Shown: positions 37,950 to 51,792 of the stretch, piece after piece
Position numbering within the stretch: position 1 is the stretch's first letter
Layout of the letters: every line of letters starts with the position of its first letter
Assembly (NCBI GenBank): GCA_965203295.1
Contig: CBDBCZ010000010.1
Coordinates: forward strand, 224,001 to 288,000
DNA from: Nitrospirales bacterium
GTDB lineage: Bacteria; Nitrospirota; Nitrospiria; Nitrospirales; UBA8639
Length of the DNA stretch: 64,000 nucleotides
Direction of reading: 5' to 3'
Position numbers and translations under genes: made by a program
The notes under the pieces: generated by a model
What the model was told of the DNA's origin: nothing
The model's input: the letters and a program-made list of their open reading frames with translations, nothing else
Database searches by the model: none

Positions 37950-40686
37950 GCCCTGGAAGCCTTCCTGGTTCAGAACGTTTATGTCTTTGCACTCAACAAT
38001 AAAGAATTGGGATGCACAGATGTCGCGCATTGCATTGACACTGGAGACCACAATCCAATTCACCAAGCTCGTCATCATATCCCTTTTGCTCTGCGTAGTC
38101 ATGTGGATACAATGGTCCAAGAAATGTTAGATCAAGATGTCATCCAGCCAACATCCAGCCCTTGGGCTAGCCCAATAGTCCTAGTCAAGAAAAAAGATGG
38201 CTCTATGAGGTTTTATGTGGACTATCGCTGCCTCAATTCTATCACTAAACTGGATGTCTATCCACTTCCTAGAATTGACGACACACTAGATGCCTTAGCT
38301 GGAGCCCGATTCTTTACAACTCTGGATTTAGCTTCGGCAGGTCACAGTTGATCCAGCTGTAAAAGAGAAGACTACTTTTTTTACACATTCAGGATTGTAT
38401 GAATTTAAGATCATGCCGTTTGGCCTATGCAATGCTCCAGCAACCTTTCAACGCTTCATGGAAATTGTTCTTGCAGGCCTAACTCGCAACCAATGTTTCG
38501 TGTACTTGAACAATATTTTGATTGTTTCTCGTTCCTGGGAAGAACATCTTGAGAACCTCCACCTGGTGTTTGTTCATCTACGAAGTGCTGGGCTACGACT
38601 AAAACCAAAGAAATGCACATTTGCCCGACGAAGGGCCTTATACCTCGGACACATAATATCGGAGCGAGGGATTGAAGCAGACCCAGACAAGGATGAGAAT
38701 GTCAGAGAGTACCCTGTACCACAAAACCTGAAGACCCTCCAACAATATTTGGGATTAGCCTCGTATTATCGTCGTTTTTTTCCAAACTTTTCCAAAAATT
38801 GCTAATCCTTTACACCGTCTCACCCGAAAGGATGCACCTTTCATCTGGTCTGACTCATGTCAGGAGTCGTTCGATACTCTAAAGCAGATGTTGACCTCAG
38901 CCCCAGTGCTAGCCTAACCCAACTTTCAGAGACGGTTCATTCTCGAATCTGATGCATCAGGATTTGGACTCGGTGCTGTCCTGGCTCAGAAACAAGAGGA
39001 TGGTTCTATGCATCCAATCGCTTATGCGAGTTGAGGGCTGCAGAAACATGAGCGGAACTACAGTATCAGTTGGCTGGAGGCCTTGGCCGTTGTATGGGCA
39101 ACAAAGCACTTTCACGTGTATCTCTATGGCCACCGCTGTACTGTGTTTACCGACCACAGTGCACTGAAGTCTCTGCTAAATACGCCTCACCCATCTGGAA
39201 AACTGGCACGTTGGGGCTTAGCCTTACGGGAACTTGATTTGGATATCCAATATCGCTCCGGAAAGACCAACGAAAATGCAGACGTGCTTTCCCGATTGCC
39301 TGCACTGGATCATACAACCATTCCTGACCTCAAAGCTCCAAATCACCTGATGGCTAAGCTTGAAGCAGAACCAATGACTGAAGGAGCAGATGCATCAACT
39401 AATGAATGGCAGAAATTACAACGAGAAGATGATGAATATGTTTCAATCATTGTATACCTTGAAAGTAATGCTGTACCCACTGATGCCAAGTTTTCAAGGA
39501 AACTTGTATTAACCACATCACATTTCTTCCTTCTGGATAGTGTCCTCTACCATGTCCAGACAGATGGCTCTTTAATGTTAGCTGTCCCAGAAGCACTTTG
39601 CTACACACTGTTCAAAGAAACCCATGGAGTATTCTCTGGACACCTGTGAGAAGCTAAAATATACAGCCAGCTGAGGAAACATTACTGGTGGCCAGGAATG
39701 CGCTCCGACGTTAGGAAATGGTGTAAAGCGTGTCTAGTGTGTGCAACACGCCAAATAGGACATGCTACCAAACCCCCTCTTTGTCCAATTCCTGTGGCAG
39801 GACCCTTTGACTGTGATGGTGTGGATGTGCTGCAACTACCATGCACCCTCAACTGCAACCAGTATGCAGTGGTGTTTGTAGATTATCTCACCAAAATTAT
39901 GGCCAGAAGAGTTTCCTACGCCTGACCCAACTGCAGAGACAATCGCCAACCTCTTTGTTAGAGATATCATCAGTCGCCATGGTGTCCCTGCCACCAATTT
40001 TCTGTCTGAATTGATGCAGGATATTTGCAAGCTAATGGGAACAGAAAAGGTCAATACTTCATCTTACCACCCACAAACAGACGGCCTCGTTAAAAGATTT
40101 AACAGGACACTAACCTCAATATTGGCTAAGACAGTCGAAAAAGACAAAAGGAACTGGGACCACAGACTCCCCTATGTCCTGTTTGCTTACAGGACCAGCT
40201 TACAGAAGTCCACTCGAAAATCGCCCTTTCATTTGCTGTATGGACGTGATGCCAGACTACCCACTGAAGCTGCATTGAGTCGTCCTCGTACTTGTTATGA
40301 AGTAGACCTGGATGACTACATGGCTGATCTGATAGCAAACTTGTCAGATGCCTAGGGACTAGCTCGACAATGTCCAGCGGCTCAAAAGCGGCAAAAATAC
40401 CAGCATGACCGTCAGGCCACGAGTCACAAGTATCAAGTTGGAGACCGTGTTCATCTATCAACCTAGTGCAGTCCAGGGCAAGACCAGAAAGTTTGCTCGA
40501 CCATTCCATGGACCTTATCGAATACTGGAGTTGACACCCACAAATGCTAGTGTTCGTCCTGTTGATAGGCCTGGAGAAGATCCCATCTTCGTCTCTCTTG
40601 ATAGAGTTCGTCACAGTCCACACGAAATTCCTGACCAGTCCTGGTTAGGCACTGCCAAAAGAAAGCCCCGAGCCAAGAGAAAATGA
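37950..40686 (+). pseudogene. pol: Gypsy pol: reverse transcriptase, RNase H, integrase
   Basis: SSPWASPIVLVKKKDG, VDYR, MPFGLCNAPATFQR, YLNN (degenerate YxDD), SDASG, VFTDH, H..H/CxxC, YHPQTDGLVKRFN, PFHGPY. Many stops and frameshifts. Confidence 0.92.
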
Positions 40687-40798
40687 TGACAAGCTAAGGA
40701 ATCTGAGCTACCAACTACAGCTTCACCAGGAGTCGAAACGCAAGGAGCTTGGTCTGGTCGACTTCGTCAGAGGGCGTCCGAAAAGCAGCCCAGGGAGA

Positions 40799-40962
40799 TA
40801 TAATGGACATAACTGACCATTCTTACCTTACAATGATGGACCATTCTTAACTGACAATGCACATGTACTAGTATGTTCAATTGTTCTGTCTGCCTGCATG
40901 CAACTGGAATATTTGACTATATATACCGACTGTATTTCATTTCATGATAATTATGATTCTCA
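40799..40962 (+). repeat. 3' LTR
   Basis: Direct repeat of 30047-30196 with substitutions and an indel. Confidence 0.85.
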
Positions 40963-43167
40963 TTAATTAACTCACTGAACGCCGTAATTACATCACGCAC
41001 GTGATGGTCCACGCTATAATTTCTACAACAATGGCGTACTAAAAGTTTTAGTTCAGTGTTTGGCTGTTTTTATGCTTACCAATTCAAGTATTCAGTGAAT
41101 TCTGCGTTGTACCTGTTAGAAGACTACCAGCTACAGCCATTAATTAATTTAACCCTTTATAGCACGTAGTATAATGCACCTATCAATACCACGCCCCATG
41201 TCCCCACCCACACCCTACATGGGGATTACATGGGGATTTGACCGCTTTGAATTTCAATTTCCCCATATATGGGGCGCTGCTTAAAGTCAATGCCCCAATA
41301 AAACCCTTATGTTATAAGTAGGGGTTTGACAAAAATTCGATAGAATGTGAACAAAGAAAGTACAGAACTACGTGCAACTTCGACATTTCAGGCAAATATA
41401 ATATTCAGTGGTGGGTAAGGCCTCCAGCTTCTCACACACACAGTGGTACCACATATCACACTTGTCGTATGCAATCCACAGTTCTGTCTCATCAGTTTCT
41501 TCTTCATAGTCACGGCCACATTTTCCACAAAACCACGTAGCAGATGAAGGGCCGGCCAGTGGCAGGTGAGGGTGCAGACGGAATGGCAGGTGAGGGTGCA
41601 GACAGAGTGGCTTTTTTAGCACGGCGGGTTGCAGCTGCTTTGGCAGCACCTCTTTTGCGGTTTTCGATAATGACTTTGAGATGTTCAAGCTATATCTGTA
41701 CTTCGTTGCATGGTAGCTTTGAACTTTCACTGATATCACCCCCATCACTCTCACGGAGACGTTTCGATCTAGTTTTCCCCTTTTTATACACGTACACATC
41801 ATCATCGACTTTAGCACGAGCAAGCTCTAGGAGCTTCTGTCGAGTGTGCAAAAGGGTTGGAGTGCCAACAGCTAACTCCTCGGCAGCCTTGTTGATGTTC
41901 TCTTGGTATGGGGTGAGGAGTTTGGCGGGATCACGGCCGTAGAATTGAGCCTGCTTTCGAATATACTGCTCAGCTTCCTTAGAGCCCTTGTCCTGATCGG
42001 GTACAGCAACATCAGGATTACTTGATGGGCTCACTAGTGTGAAGCCTGTACTTGAAAGCAATAGCCTTGATTGCTTTGAGACTCCAGGCTGTGAGGACAA
42101 GTTAAGGATACTTATGAGTTGGTTGGTGGCCTCTATAATGTAAACTACCGTAGATAGGGAAAGTTTCGTCAGTACCCAACAATGACAACAATTAAAAACA
42201 TGATTTTTTCAACATTGAACATTGAACATTGACCAGAAGCTAAATTTCTAACAAATATTTCTACGAGTGAAATTTCCCGATTTACAGTAGAAAACAAACC
42301 TGCACACTAATATCAGCACCATTTTAACAATGCATTATCCCGTGAATGCAGTGTGAGCGTTAGAGCTAGGAAGTTACTTCTATATACACGAAATTGTATG
42401 AAACACACTCATGACCAGAACTGGTACTGACACTTTGCATGGCTTGCAAATCATGTAATTGCTAAAGCAGCACAGCTTCAGTTGTGATAAGGCCACCAAT
42501 CAGTTCTAATTATTGTACCTGTCAGCTTTGTAGTGCCCACTAATTGTCTGACTAAAATTCTAAAATGAGGTCAACCTTGTCCAACTAATCTGCGCTTTTA
42601 GTTTTTGAGGACTCCCAGTATACTTCTCAGGGTATCCAATGGAAGTACATGTACATCACAGCCTTGGGATAAAGCAACATTCATCTGCCATACCTGAATA
42701 TGGAGAGGGGCACCACTCTGGGAGCCACTGCATTCTGGCTTCTCCTGTACCTATAAAAAAACCTGTAAACAGAGAAATCCGGTGGAAAGTACATGATTGA
42801 TACACACAGGTCTATCGAACTAGACACTCTTCTGCACTTTGCAGCAGCAGAAGATGGCTCTATTGAGCACTTCAGATCCTCCCCTGTGCCCTAAAACGGC
42901 TTGTAGAGAACAGAGAATCTAGCTCCACTGACTAGGTACATACTTGTTGTTGCTGCTGTTGAAGGACGCCAACTCCACCACTCCTCTCAGCACTGCACTT
43001 GTCCTGTAGATACAAATCAAAAAAACGAGTCAACTGGCAAGAACAGCACCGTGACAATGTAGCTAGCTACCTAAACGAGATTTTTTTAAAAATAGCAAGC
43101 TATGGACTAGCAATAGACTAGGCTTTTTCTTACCTTTTCCTGCATGACAACCTTCAAGATGCTCTTA

Positions 43168-46100
43168 GGCCATCAGTATTTAAAAATTCGTTCCGGGTAA
43201 CTCCAGTTGCCAAGAAATGGGTAGGTAGGTAGGATTTTTTTTTGTTTAAAAATTTTTTTTAGTCATCATCACTTGCACGGAGGCAATAAAAAAAAACAAC
43301 ACCCAAAAAAAAAAAAAAAAAAAGAACAGTGTATAGCTAGTACATTACTAAACAAAATGCTGTGCACGTACATATCAAACTGAGTGCTTTCGTTTTTCAC
43401 CAGTCTTAATCTTCATGAATGTGATAGGATTAAGCTGTTTGCTGGTGCAAGATGCACAAATAGGTAAAATTATCTTGTACGTTTCCTTCAAAGCTTGTGG
43501 TACAAAACAATCCTTCTCACCACAGTGAGCACATATAGGTGGCAATTTGAGTGCCTTGTTCGAATAGTAGCTTCTTTCAATCGGGGTCTGGCAGGTTAAA
43601 CTGGTGCGAATGCGTAGTTCTGCTGCCAAAGGATGGCTTTCAGGAAAAATCGGGGAGCCACATACATAAAGGTTGTTTTCCACAGCAAAAGTCAACACCA
43701 CTTCATTCTGTGTGTAAGTCGACTGTTTCTGCAGTGAGGTTTGTCGCAGGCCAAGCACTCTACTACACCTCGCACCTTGGCACCAGTAAATAGTGATGAT
43801 GGCTCTTGCTCCTTTTCCCTCGTTACTACTAGGGATGGACGATCACATTCAGATGTTTCCTGCCCAAAGAGTTGTTCAAATGGTTTGTAGTGTGATTTAT
43901 CCACTGTGAGCAATGGATCTGGTAACCACTGCATGCGAGCAAAGACATCTTGTGGCAAACGTACAGGTCGACAGCAAGAGGGGTCGTTACACTTCCGTAT
44001 TTGGAGGGAATAATGACGCAAGCGACAGTGAGCTTCAGCGAACTTCATAAAGTCCTTGGCTTTGGAAACTTCGGCCTTTTTGGTATTGGACATGGACAGT
44101 TGTTTATCAATCAGCTCTACGAAGCTCCAAAGAGCAGCTATTTTGTCATTTGTTGCAGCATCTCCAATCTTGAAGCGGTTATCCTTCAGCGACAACCTGC
44201 GAAATCGATCTTGCACAAGCGATATTACTGGTGCAAGTGAGTCTACCACAGCTTCTTTGAGAGAAGGATTAGATTCGGCTGCACTACGAATGACAGCCAT
44301 GAAGTTGTATGATTTTAAGGCAGTCTCTACCTCAGAGGAGCACCCTGCTCGCGTTGTTGAGACACACTGTAGACCAAGATTCAGTATAGACATTAGTCTC
44401 TCACATGGATTCCTCCAGCTGTTGTTGGGGGCTGTTTGAACTGCAACCAAAAAGTCAAGGTCAAGCCACCGGAAAGTGCAGATATAACTTATCAGCACAG
44501 AGTCGTATGTAAGCCGATGATCAGGTCCTCCGTCGTGATAAAACAGTACGAGTGGAGGGACATCTTCATTCCCAAAATGGCTTCTTGCAACATCAGCCAT
44601 ATGGCGATATGGACTGGAAGGTTGGAAAATGAATCCTTGACAATTACAATAGGTTGCCCTTGGTAAAATGACTTCAGAGGGTCATCTGGGATATCGCAAA
44701 CTAGGTACACAGAGGGAGTGAGGTTGATCTTCGTAAAATCATGGTCACAAGCACCAAGTATAGCTGTAGAAATAGTCAGAGATGGTCTGTTTCGAATCAC
44801 TGCTGTTTGTGGGGTATCGGGTTCACCTATATAGTCAAAAGAATATTTTACTAAACACACCTGCACATGCACGTATAACAAACTGTAAACTGTTAATTAT
44901 AGTACACACACACATACCAATGGGTATCTTGCTTTTGTCATCAAGAAAGAACAAAGCGGCATGGTTACGAAATTGAACAGCCATTTCTTTCAAGTATCGG
45001 AAAAGCACAGCGCAGTAGAGAGCATGTGTTTTTCGGAGCTGCCGACGCTGAATTTTATATTTTACATCAAAACGACACTTGAAACGTTTTGCTGTCTCAG
45101 AGAACTGGTTACGAGGCCAAAACTGGAAACGAACCCAAGTTTCAGATGGTACTAAAGTGTCTGGTGGAAGGCGTTCTTCGATTTGGCGAATAAGATCAGG
45201 AATAGATATTGCTAAAGGTAGTTGCGCAACATCAGGACCATGCCATCAATCATCTACAGCTTTTCCATACTCTTCTAGTATAACATCAAGTTCTTTCCAA
45301 AATGCATCAAACTGAGATTGTCGTCCTGGATTCAACTCCCTCTTGTCAAGGATTAGGTCAACATCAGGATCATCTAGCATCATTTCCAACCGCTGGTCAA
45401 TATCAAAACCATGAAGCTCCTGGCTACTATCTTCTGTAAGAAAACGATACACACTCCGCAGGATTACTGGTGAAAGCTCTTTGATGTGTCCGTATCGATC
45501 AGTAAACAACTTCCTCATGGCTCGTGATTTGTAAACCTGGAGTGCAGCCTTTACTCTGGAAACTGCAGTGTTTTGCATATGCACAGATCGATCACTTTCT
45601 GATTCAGGGATTTTCCACACGTACGATATGTTCCCTATTTGACTACCTGCATGATACTGAAACAAATAAACTGAGCATGGCAGCTCTAGGTTGGCAAAGA
45701 AACGGTACCTAGTAAACTTATCCTTCGCCGAAAGGTCATCGTTCACAAGAACTGGCTCATAAAATCCTACAGACTCCAATTGAGTTATTAGCCTAGAATA
45801 AATAGGCTTCATTGGCAATTTACTTGCAGGAATGTGACGTGAATCAGTGTTAACATCTGGAGTGTGGCATGAATCCAGGCTCGTGTGTCGCTCATCACTT
45901 CGCTTTAAGCTTTGCTCCATGTCCTCCGCATATGTTCGTAGTACTTTAGCCAACCCCTCAATAGCATTTCTCACTTGACCCCATTGGGTGAGAAATAAGA
46001 GTAATTAACTTGTTCGCATGCTCCATTAGCTCTCTCTTCTCCATTCGTGGGGGCTTCTTACGTTTTGCTACCCAGTCATTATATCCACCTTTATTGCTCT

Positions 46101-46828
46101 CATTCCCCTTGTTAAAACGCATGAACATATCGGGAATCAATGGAACGTTCCCATGCTTGTGTCGGTCTTGAAAACTTTAAATACTGTCCATCAATGTACC
46201 ACAAAGTATCAACAACAGAATTCACAAAACGAAGACCGCAACTGTCCAGTTCATCTGCACGAAATCCAACCCCACTCTCACGCAAGAGAAGCAGCACATC
46301 ATTAAAAAGTAACTGTTTATTGTTCTGGACTGGATCATGCATTGAGGGGAGGTGTTTTGCATGCTGGCTCGCCATCAAAATTGTAAAAGCATTCTCAGGC
46401 TCCTTTTGTGGTCGTGTCTCTGGTTCGACCATATACTTAACAAAGCGATCACCATACGTATAAAATGTCAGGATGGGTTGAGAAAGGGACGCAGCGTGTG
46501 CAGGAGAATGTTCATCTTTACCTGTGGCGACCGTCACACTCCTGTCCAAATACTGCTTGCCGCTAACCTGCTCCAAAAGATCTGCCAATGTTGTGTGTTC
46601 TTGAGCTTCTGCCCAGGCAGGGCCAAAAACGACTGATGCACCAACAACAATTAGAACAAGTAGCCAGATCATCTTTTTAGCCAACACGAGTTCTTGAATC
46701 CTTACTGCGCATGGTCACAGTTCTGTTAATTAACTAATTCTAATTAAAGCACCTTAAAAATAACGTGAAAGACGGCTAGAAAGCGGTCGGTCGAGCTACC
46801 CGGAACTAACTTTTAGTTACTGATGGCC
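43168..46828 (-). mobile_element. Zator DNA transposon
   Basis: 32-bp imperfect TIR GGCCATCAGTA..GTTCCGGGTA; 3-bp TSD TTA (43165-43167, 46829-46831). Confidence 0.85.
43375..46687 (-). pseudogene. Zator transposase (frameshifted) with Cys-rich C-terminus
   Basis: FLDDKSKIP, DHDF, DGGPDH, TAPNNSWRNPCERLMSILN; C-terminal CxxC pairs. Confidence 0.8.
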
Positions 46829-47583
46829 TTATCGGGAATTTCTTGCGCAGAAGCGACGTCAACGAACTCCCCTCCCCACTCTTCATCTTTTATCTGCAGA
46901 AAGTACTGTGCATCCTTCGCCATTTCACCGCCGAATGTCTTCTACACTTCCTGTAGCAGTACATCTGAATCACTCTCTGCATCCAACGCTGATGAGAAGG
47001 TTACAGGGCGGCTACGCTCTCGGAAGCGCACCAAAACACGCTTGTTGGCCGCCATGATCGCACGCCCTGACACGCCACGTGGAACTGCGTTTTTTATTCT
47101 ACGTATACTACATCCACATACTCATAGTATGCGAATTTATGTCAATAACCTCACCCCTGGGGCACGCTTCGAGGACAAATCCCCACTATAGACCTCGTTC
47201 CCCCTGGGGTGGTGTAATGGGGCATACAATTGATAAGTGCATAACGGATGTAATGTTCCACGTGCCCAGACATTTTGTGGAAGAATACGTGTTCATAAAG
47301 CCCGAGGCTTTTTCGCGTGCTACCTTCAAAACGAAAAGACTTTTGTACAGACAAGTTTGCAGTTTTGAAGTGTGCAAAAATTGACTTCTCGATCGATGGT
47401 AGAAGCGTCTTGATCTGACCGGAAGTGAACGAAGCAGAGCGACAGGCGGCTCGAGCGGCAATGGCAGACACAAGGATGAAACGGTAAGTAGTAAGTTTGC
47501 TATTTATTCAAAGTGAAACTACTTAGTAGATGGTATGACAAAGTCCAGAAAGCATACAAACTGTTGATAAGGGTGATAATATA

Positions 47584-47643
47584 CAAAACATACGGGTGAA
47601 TGAACCTAGAAGTCAAAACATACGGGTGAATGAACCTAGAAGT
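47584..47643. repeat. 30-bp tandem duplication near the piggyBac 3' end
   Basis: CAAAACATACGGGTGAATGAACCTAGAAGT x2. Confidence 0.8.
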
Positions 47644-47699
47644 TGCCAAGTTTATAGTGAGACTTATCACGCGGGTACCTCACAGGAACTCTGTGTGAT

Positions 47700-48300
47700 A
47701 CTGCTCGAAGCGCGAGGGACCATCCAGTGGGGCGTCCCTTGCGACTATACAAAACGCTTTGCCACATTTGTGCATATAATGCCGGAGTCATATCTTCGAT
47801 TCTCTTTCCTCCAGCAATATTCACACCTACTCCGTTTGCCTCTGGTAAGGTAGTGACTGTCAGCGTGAGAAGGAGTGGCTGTGTCCTCCTTTCGTCGCTT
47901 CGGTGGTGTTGAAGACACGGCGGCCTGTCGAACTGGCTCTGGGAGGCAGTACCGTTTCCGGGAGTTGTATTGGCCAATGAGACCTGTAGCGAGTCGAAGT
48001 CTGAATCTCCTCGCCGTTGCTTGCTGGCAAGTCACACCCACGACAGGTACAAAGTGCCGGAACACAACGAAGGCATTGACGACGCATGCATCGAATAATA
48101 ACCAGAAAATATATCTGTAGAATTTTCTGGACTTGCATCTCACCCGGGAGTAGCCTCGAAGTTGGTCAGCTTTGTCCAGCTGTTGCACCTTCGGGCTGGC
48201 AGTTGGTGGACATAACATAGACCAATTTCTTGTCCTTCCACACCGACGCTACCAGGTTTCCCTTCTGACAAGTGGTGGCCTCTCTGCGCTCAAGATCACC
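47700..48300 (-). pseudogene. piggyBac transposase, C-terminal part
   Basis: VASVWKDKKLVYVMS; DKADQLRGY..KFYRYIFWLLFDACVVNAF; FRLRLATGL; RCEYC zinc ribbon. Confidence 0.85.
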
Positions 48301-48306
48301 TAAATT

Positions 48307-49139
48307 TATGGTTGTCCGTTTGTTTCAAAATTCCATAACTATCGAACGCATGGAACTGTCACTTTAAAAAAGTTTCATAGATTTGAACCTATCAAATAAT
48401 TATCGAATGCATGAAATTGTTGCTAACAAAAGGTTTGTTGCTAACAGATGGTTTGATAACGTTTCATAACATCGAACACTAAAAAAATAATATCGAAATG
48501 TTATCGAACCTATGAAATGGTTCGAAACTTACCAGCCAATGCATAATGTTCAATAACTATCGAACCGATCGAAGTTACGTTTGTTCGATAACATCGAAAG
48601 CGTCCCCACAGTTCGCTAATCATCATCGAAACTACCGTTCCGCGTGCATGTGCTAGCTATTTCCACGAGGCCGGCCGGAGTGACTGTTGATAGCTGTCGC
48701 GAGTCCCAAGATAGACTGCGCTGCTTATAAGAGGTGAGATTGGACGATATGATTTTGTTCCCTGCATGGCAGACTTCATGAAGTCGTCTCTTCTACCAGA
48801 TCCAGTGCACGGTTAGAGCTGCCTGTGAACTGCCAGTGTGCACTGAGCTAATTTCTCAGTCTGAGTTCAAGTAGACATTCATCTGTTCCTCTTGTCCAGA
48901 CATCGCTTGCTCGCCAGGTGTTTGTCGGAGCTAGGTAAGAGGGTATTCAAGGTGTATGTATGTTACCTCAAGCCATACCTTTTCTTCACGTGTAGTTCTC
49001 GGTTACCAGCTGTCCCATCTTCATGATGGCTGAGAGTGGGGTTGACAAGCACCTACAGGAGCATGGACAGGTCTCTACTTATATTATGTACCATGGCCCA
49101 TAGCTAATGTCATGCCCTCACCCAAGAATGTTTACACTA
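48307..49139 (+). repeat. Left long TIR
   Basis: 48307-48582 is the reverse complement of 62654-62963, and 48583-49139 matches 58996-59552. Many TATCGAA/TTCGATA motifs. Confidence 0.88.
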
Positions 49140-49836
49140 CTCTGATAGTCTTTGGCTTCCCATGAACTGAATCTCTGAACCAGTGCTGATGGACTATAAT
49201 CCAATCTAGCAGAGAGCCTATTTTTTGTTACATAAAGGGGGGGAGGGTTCAGTATGGTAAATTATGCCTTTTACAAGCGTGCAAGGTCAGCAGACATTTC
49301 TCCCTGCTTCCCGTGGGTATAAAAATTACATTTGAGCTCTAGGAGTCATATAAAGGTCAACGCCCTCTTAGCTATTGAATTTTTCAGCCCACGTGCTCCC
49401 TATAACTGTTTGCTATGAACAGAGCCTATGGGATAGAAGGCTTATCATTTTAGACTACATGTTAATTTTTCAGGAAACAACCTGTCAAAACCCATCTGCT
49501 TGGCTTTGAAGCAACTTAACAGACCTCACTGCTGTCATTGTCCATGCCGCTAGAGTGTGCAAGAACCAAGCCACAGATGCGTAGATACATATGGGCTCTT
49601 TCTCTGTATACCCCTAAATAGTTTTTTTATACATTATGCATGTAGTCGCGTGGCAGCACCTTTTCACAATCCACACAGTATCATGATCGATGTTTAAGTG
49701 TGACATCACCAAATAGCTAGTATTACCGTGATCCTTTTCTTCCTCTGTAGATGGAACGGGTGCTCACTGATCTCGGTATGAGCAGTGATGTGAAGGAGCA
49801 TTTTCGCCAAGAGAAGGTTAGTATGCATGAGAGAAT

Positions 49837-50045
49837 TAGCCTCGTTCCCGGTCCTTCCCACCCTGCTTTTATCTCGCGGGCGGGGAGAAAAAGCGAGGGG
49901 GAAGGCCTGGTACCGCTTATCGTGTGCCGTGACATATGAACTCATAGGGTAGACGTATGTGCCTATGCAAAAGGGACTTACCTGCCCACGCACTAATTAA
50001 AAAAACGGCAAAAAGCTGAGGTGGGAAGGACCGGGAATGAGGCTA
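49837..50045. mobile_element. Academ-type MITE (intronic)
   Basis: TIR TAGCCTCGTTCCCGGTCCTTCCCAC; approximate 9-bp TSD TGAGAGAAT / TGGAAGAAT. Confidence 0.7.
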
Positions 50046-50980
50046 TGGAAGAATCAATTGTGTCCATACATAACAACAATGTGGGTGTGTCAAAGATGGC
50101 TAACATGATCCTTCTATGCTTAAATTTACATTTGTCTTTTTTGGGGATATTAGTTATGGAGCCCAGGAGCTGCTAAGTAAACACTAGAGTAAATGGGTGG
50201 GTGAATGACTAATTAGGCTTTTGAAGTAGCCTGTGTATCAAAGTTCATCCTTCCTTCCATATATGAGGAGAAAAAGAAAGCTGGGTCTGGTATACGAAAG
50301 GGCTTGATAGGGTGTAACTTGTCTAAGGCTTACTGGGAGTGATAATTGAGGGTGTGAAGTAAAAGAAAACTATAAAGTACATGGTTCAACGAATCAGTGC
50401 AGCAGGAGTGATTTCTGTGTGTGCTAGAACTATGCTACAGCTTCTCTTGGCAGACTCCAACATAAAATTGGTTGCCCAAGAGCACCTGTGCATGTATGCA
50501 AAACTGTTTTTTCACGGCTTGGAAGAGCTAACAATGTACGGCACTCTTAGAAGCCAAAAGCTTTACGTCCAAGATATACTATTCTATAGGTTACACCCAG
50601 ACTGGTGCCAAGATTAACTGATGACCAGTTGATTCAGCTGGGCGTGGCTACCATTGGCGATCGGGCTGCCTGGAGATCTGCCTGCCAACAGATTGTTGAA
50701 AGTAAGTGCATTTTGTTTGCTATGACTAATTAGTGCTCTTTACCATGAATATGGATCCTGACATCATGTTTTACAGAATACATTCTGATGGGCCTCTTTC
50801 CCAGTATTTCCCACCCCAGCCTTTGCCTCACAGCTATAGAAAATAGCGAATTGGTCTCGCAGCCCCTTTTTCTCCATGGCTGCAAGACGAAATCTGGGGT
50901 AGGAAGGATCTCCACAGCTGCAAGACAAAATTGGAGTGGGAAGGAATGTGAACAAGGCTATATTTGCATTGCTCTAGAAG

Positions 50981-51619
50981 TTAATGGGCTCCCGTTACTG
51001 GGTACGAGATCGCGCTGACCATACCACTTACCTGAACCCAACTCACCATAAGGTTTGGCAGCAGTGCTGGGTCACCGTACGAGCATGCCCGGAGGGCGAG
51101 GTACTACCGAGCCCATCTATTCTCCTGCGACCCCTAACCTTGGGTGAGATAGATGGGAGGACCCGCCCACTATGCCCAGCAACTAGATCACAGCAAGACG
51201 TGGGCCCACTCGAAGGCCCACCTCAGCTGGAGACACCCACCCACACCCTACAACCAGTAACAAGGGGAGGGGAAGGGGAGGGGAATGTTACAACACGAAC
51301 GACCAACAGAACCGACAGACGAGAGGCACGAACAGCTGCTACCGAATAACACGTGCTCAGGAACTGCGCATGCGCCGCTTTGCCCATTAACCTCGGTTAA
51401 TTGTCCCAATTAACCTCCCATTAATGGGCTCCCGTTACTGGGTATGAGATCGCGCTGACCATACCACTTACCTGAACCCAACTCACCATAAGGTTTGGCA
51501 GCAGCGCTGGGTCACCGTACGAGCATGCCCGGAGGGCGAGGTACTACCGAGCCCATCTATTCTCCTGCGACCCCTAACCTTGGGTGAGATAGATGGGAGG
51601 ACCCGCCCACTATGCCCAG
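50981..51619. repeat. Ngaro B-A-B split direct repeats
   Basis: ~199-bp near-identical copies starting TTAATGGGCTCCCG at 50981 and 51421. Confidence 0.9.
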
Positions 51620-51792
51620 AGGGGGTGCTAGAGGAATAGGCACCCCCCTCACCCAAGCACTACTACCATAACGCATGCCAACACCAGATAAACCAGCTCA
51701 ACAAAAACAAAACTGCATAACAATAAGACACAAAGCAAATACTAAAGAAAACAACAGCAGGGTCCAGCGGTCACGACGACCCGTTCCGACCA

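Larger units (their letters stand above)
30047..40962 (+). mobile_element. Ty3/Gypsy LTR retrotransposon (degraded; contains AcademH)
   Basis: Paired ~150-bp LTRs, domain order gag-PR-RT-RH-IN, and a purine tract CAGGGAGA before the 3' LTR. Confidence 0.9.
41368..47055 (-). pseudogene. Spliced gene: Ubl/CIDE-like N-terminus, NAB NCD2-like domain, PHD finger; split by Zator
   Basis: MAANKRVLVRF..EWGGEFVD..PD|KSILKVVMQEK reads through once the Zator is removed. IRKQAQFYGR..INKAAEEL..PTLLHTRQKLLELAR; CGKC..WIAYDKCDMWYHCVC..YICLKC. Confidence 0.65.
41172..47244 (-). mobile_element. Unclassified TIR element carrying a NCD2-like/PHD gene
   Basis: TAATGCACCTATCAAT..GCCCCAT (41172) is an imperfect inverted copy of ATGGGGC..ATTGATAAGTGCATAA (ending 47244). 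No clean TSD. Confidence 0.55.

Noticed and set aside
50981..51619. Self-cleaving ribozyme in the Ngaro repeats
   Set aside because: A hairpin is present, but I could not find a hammerhead CTGANGA/GAAA core or a convincing HDV fold.
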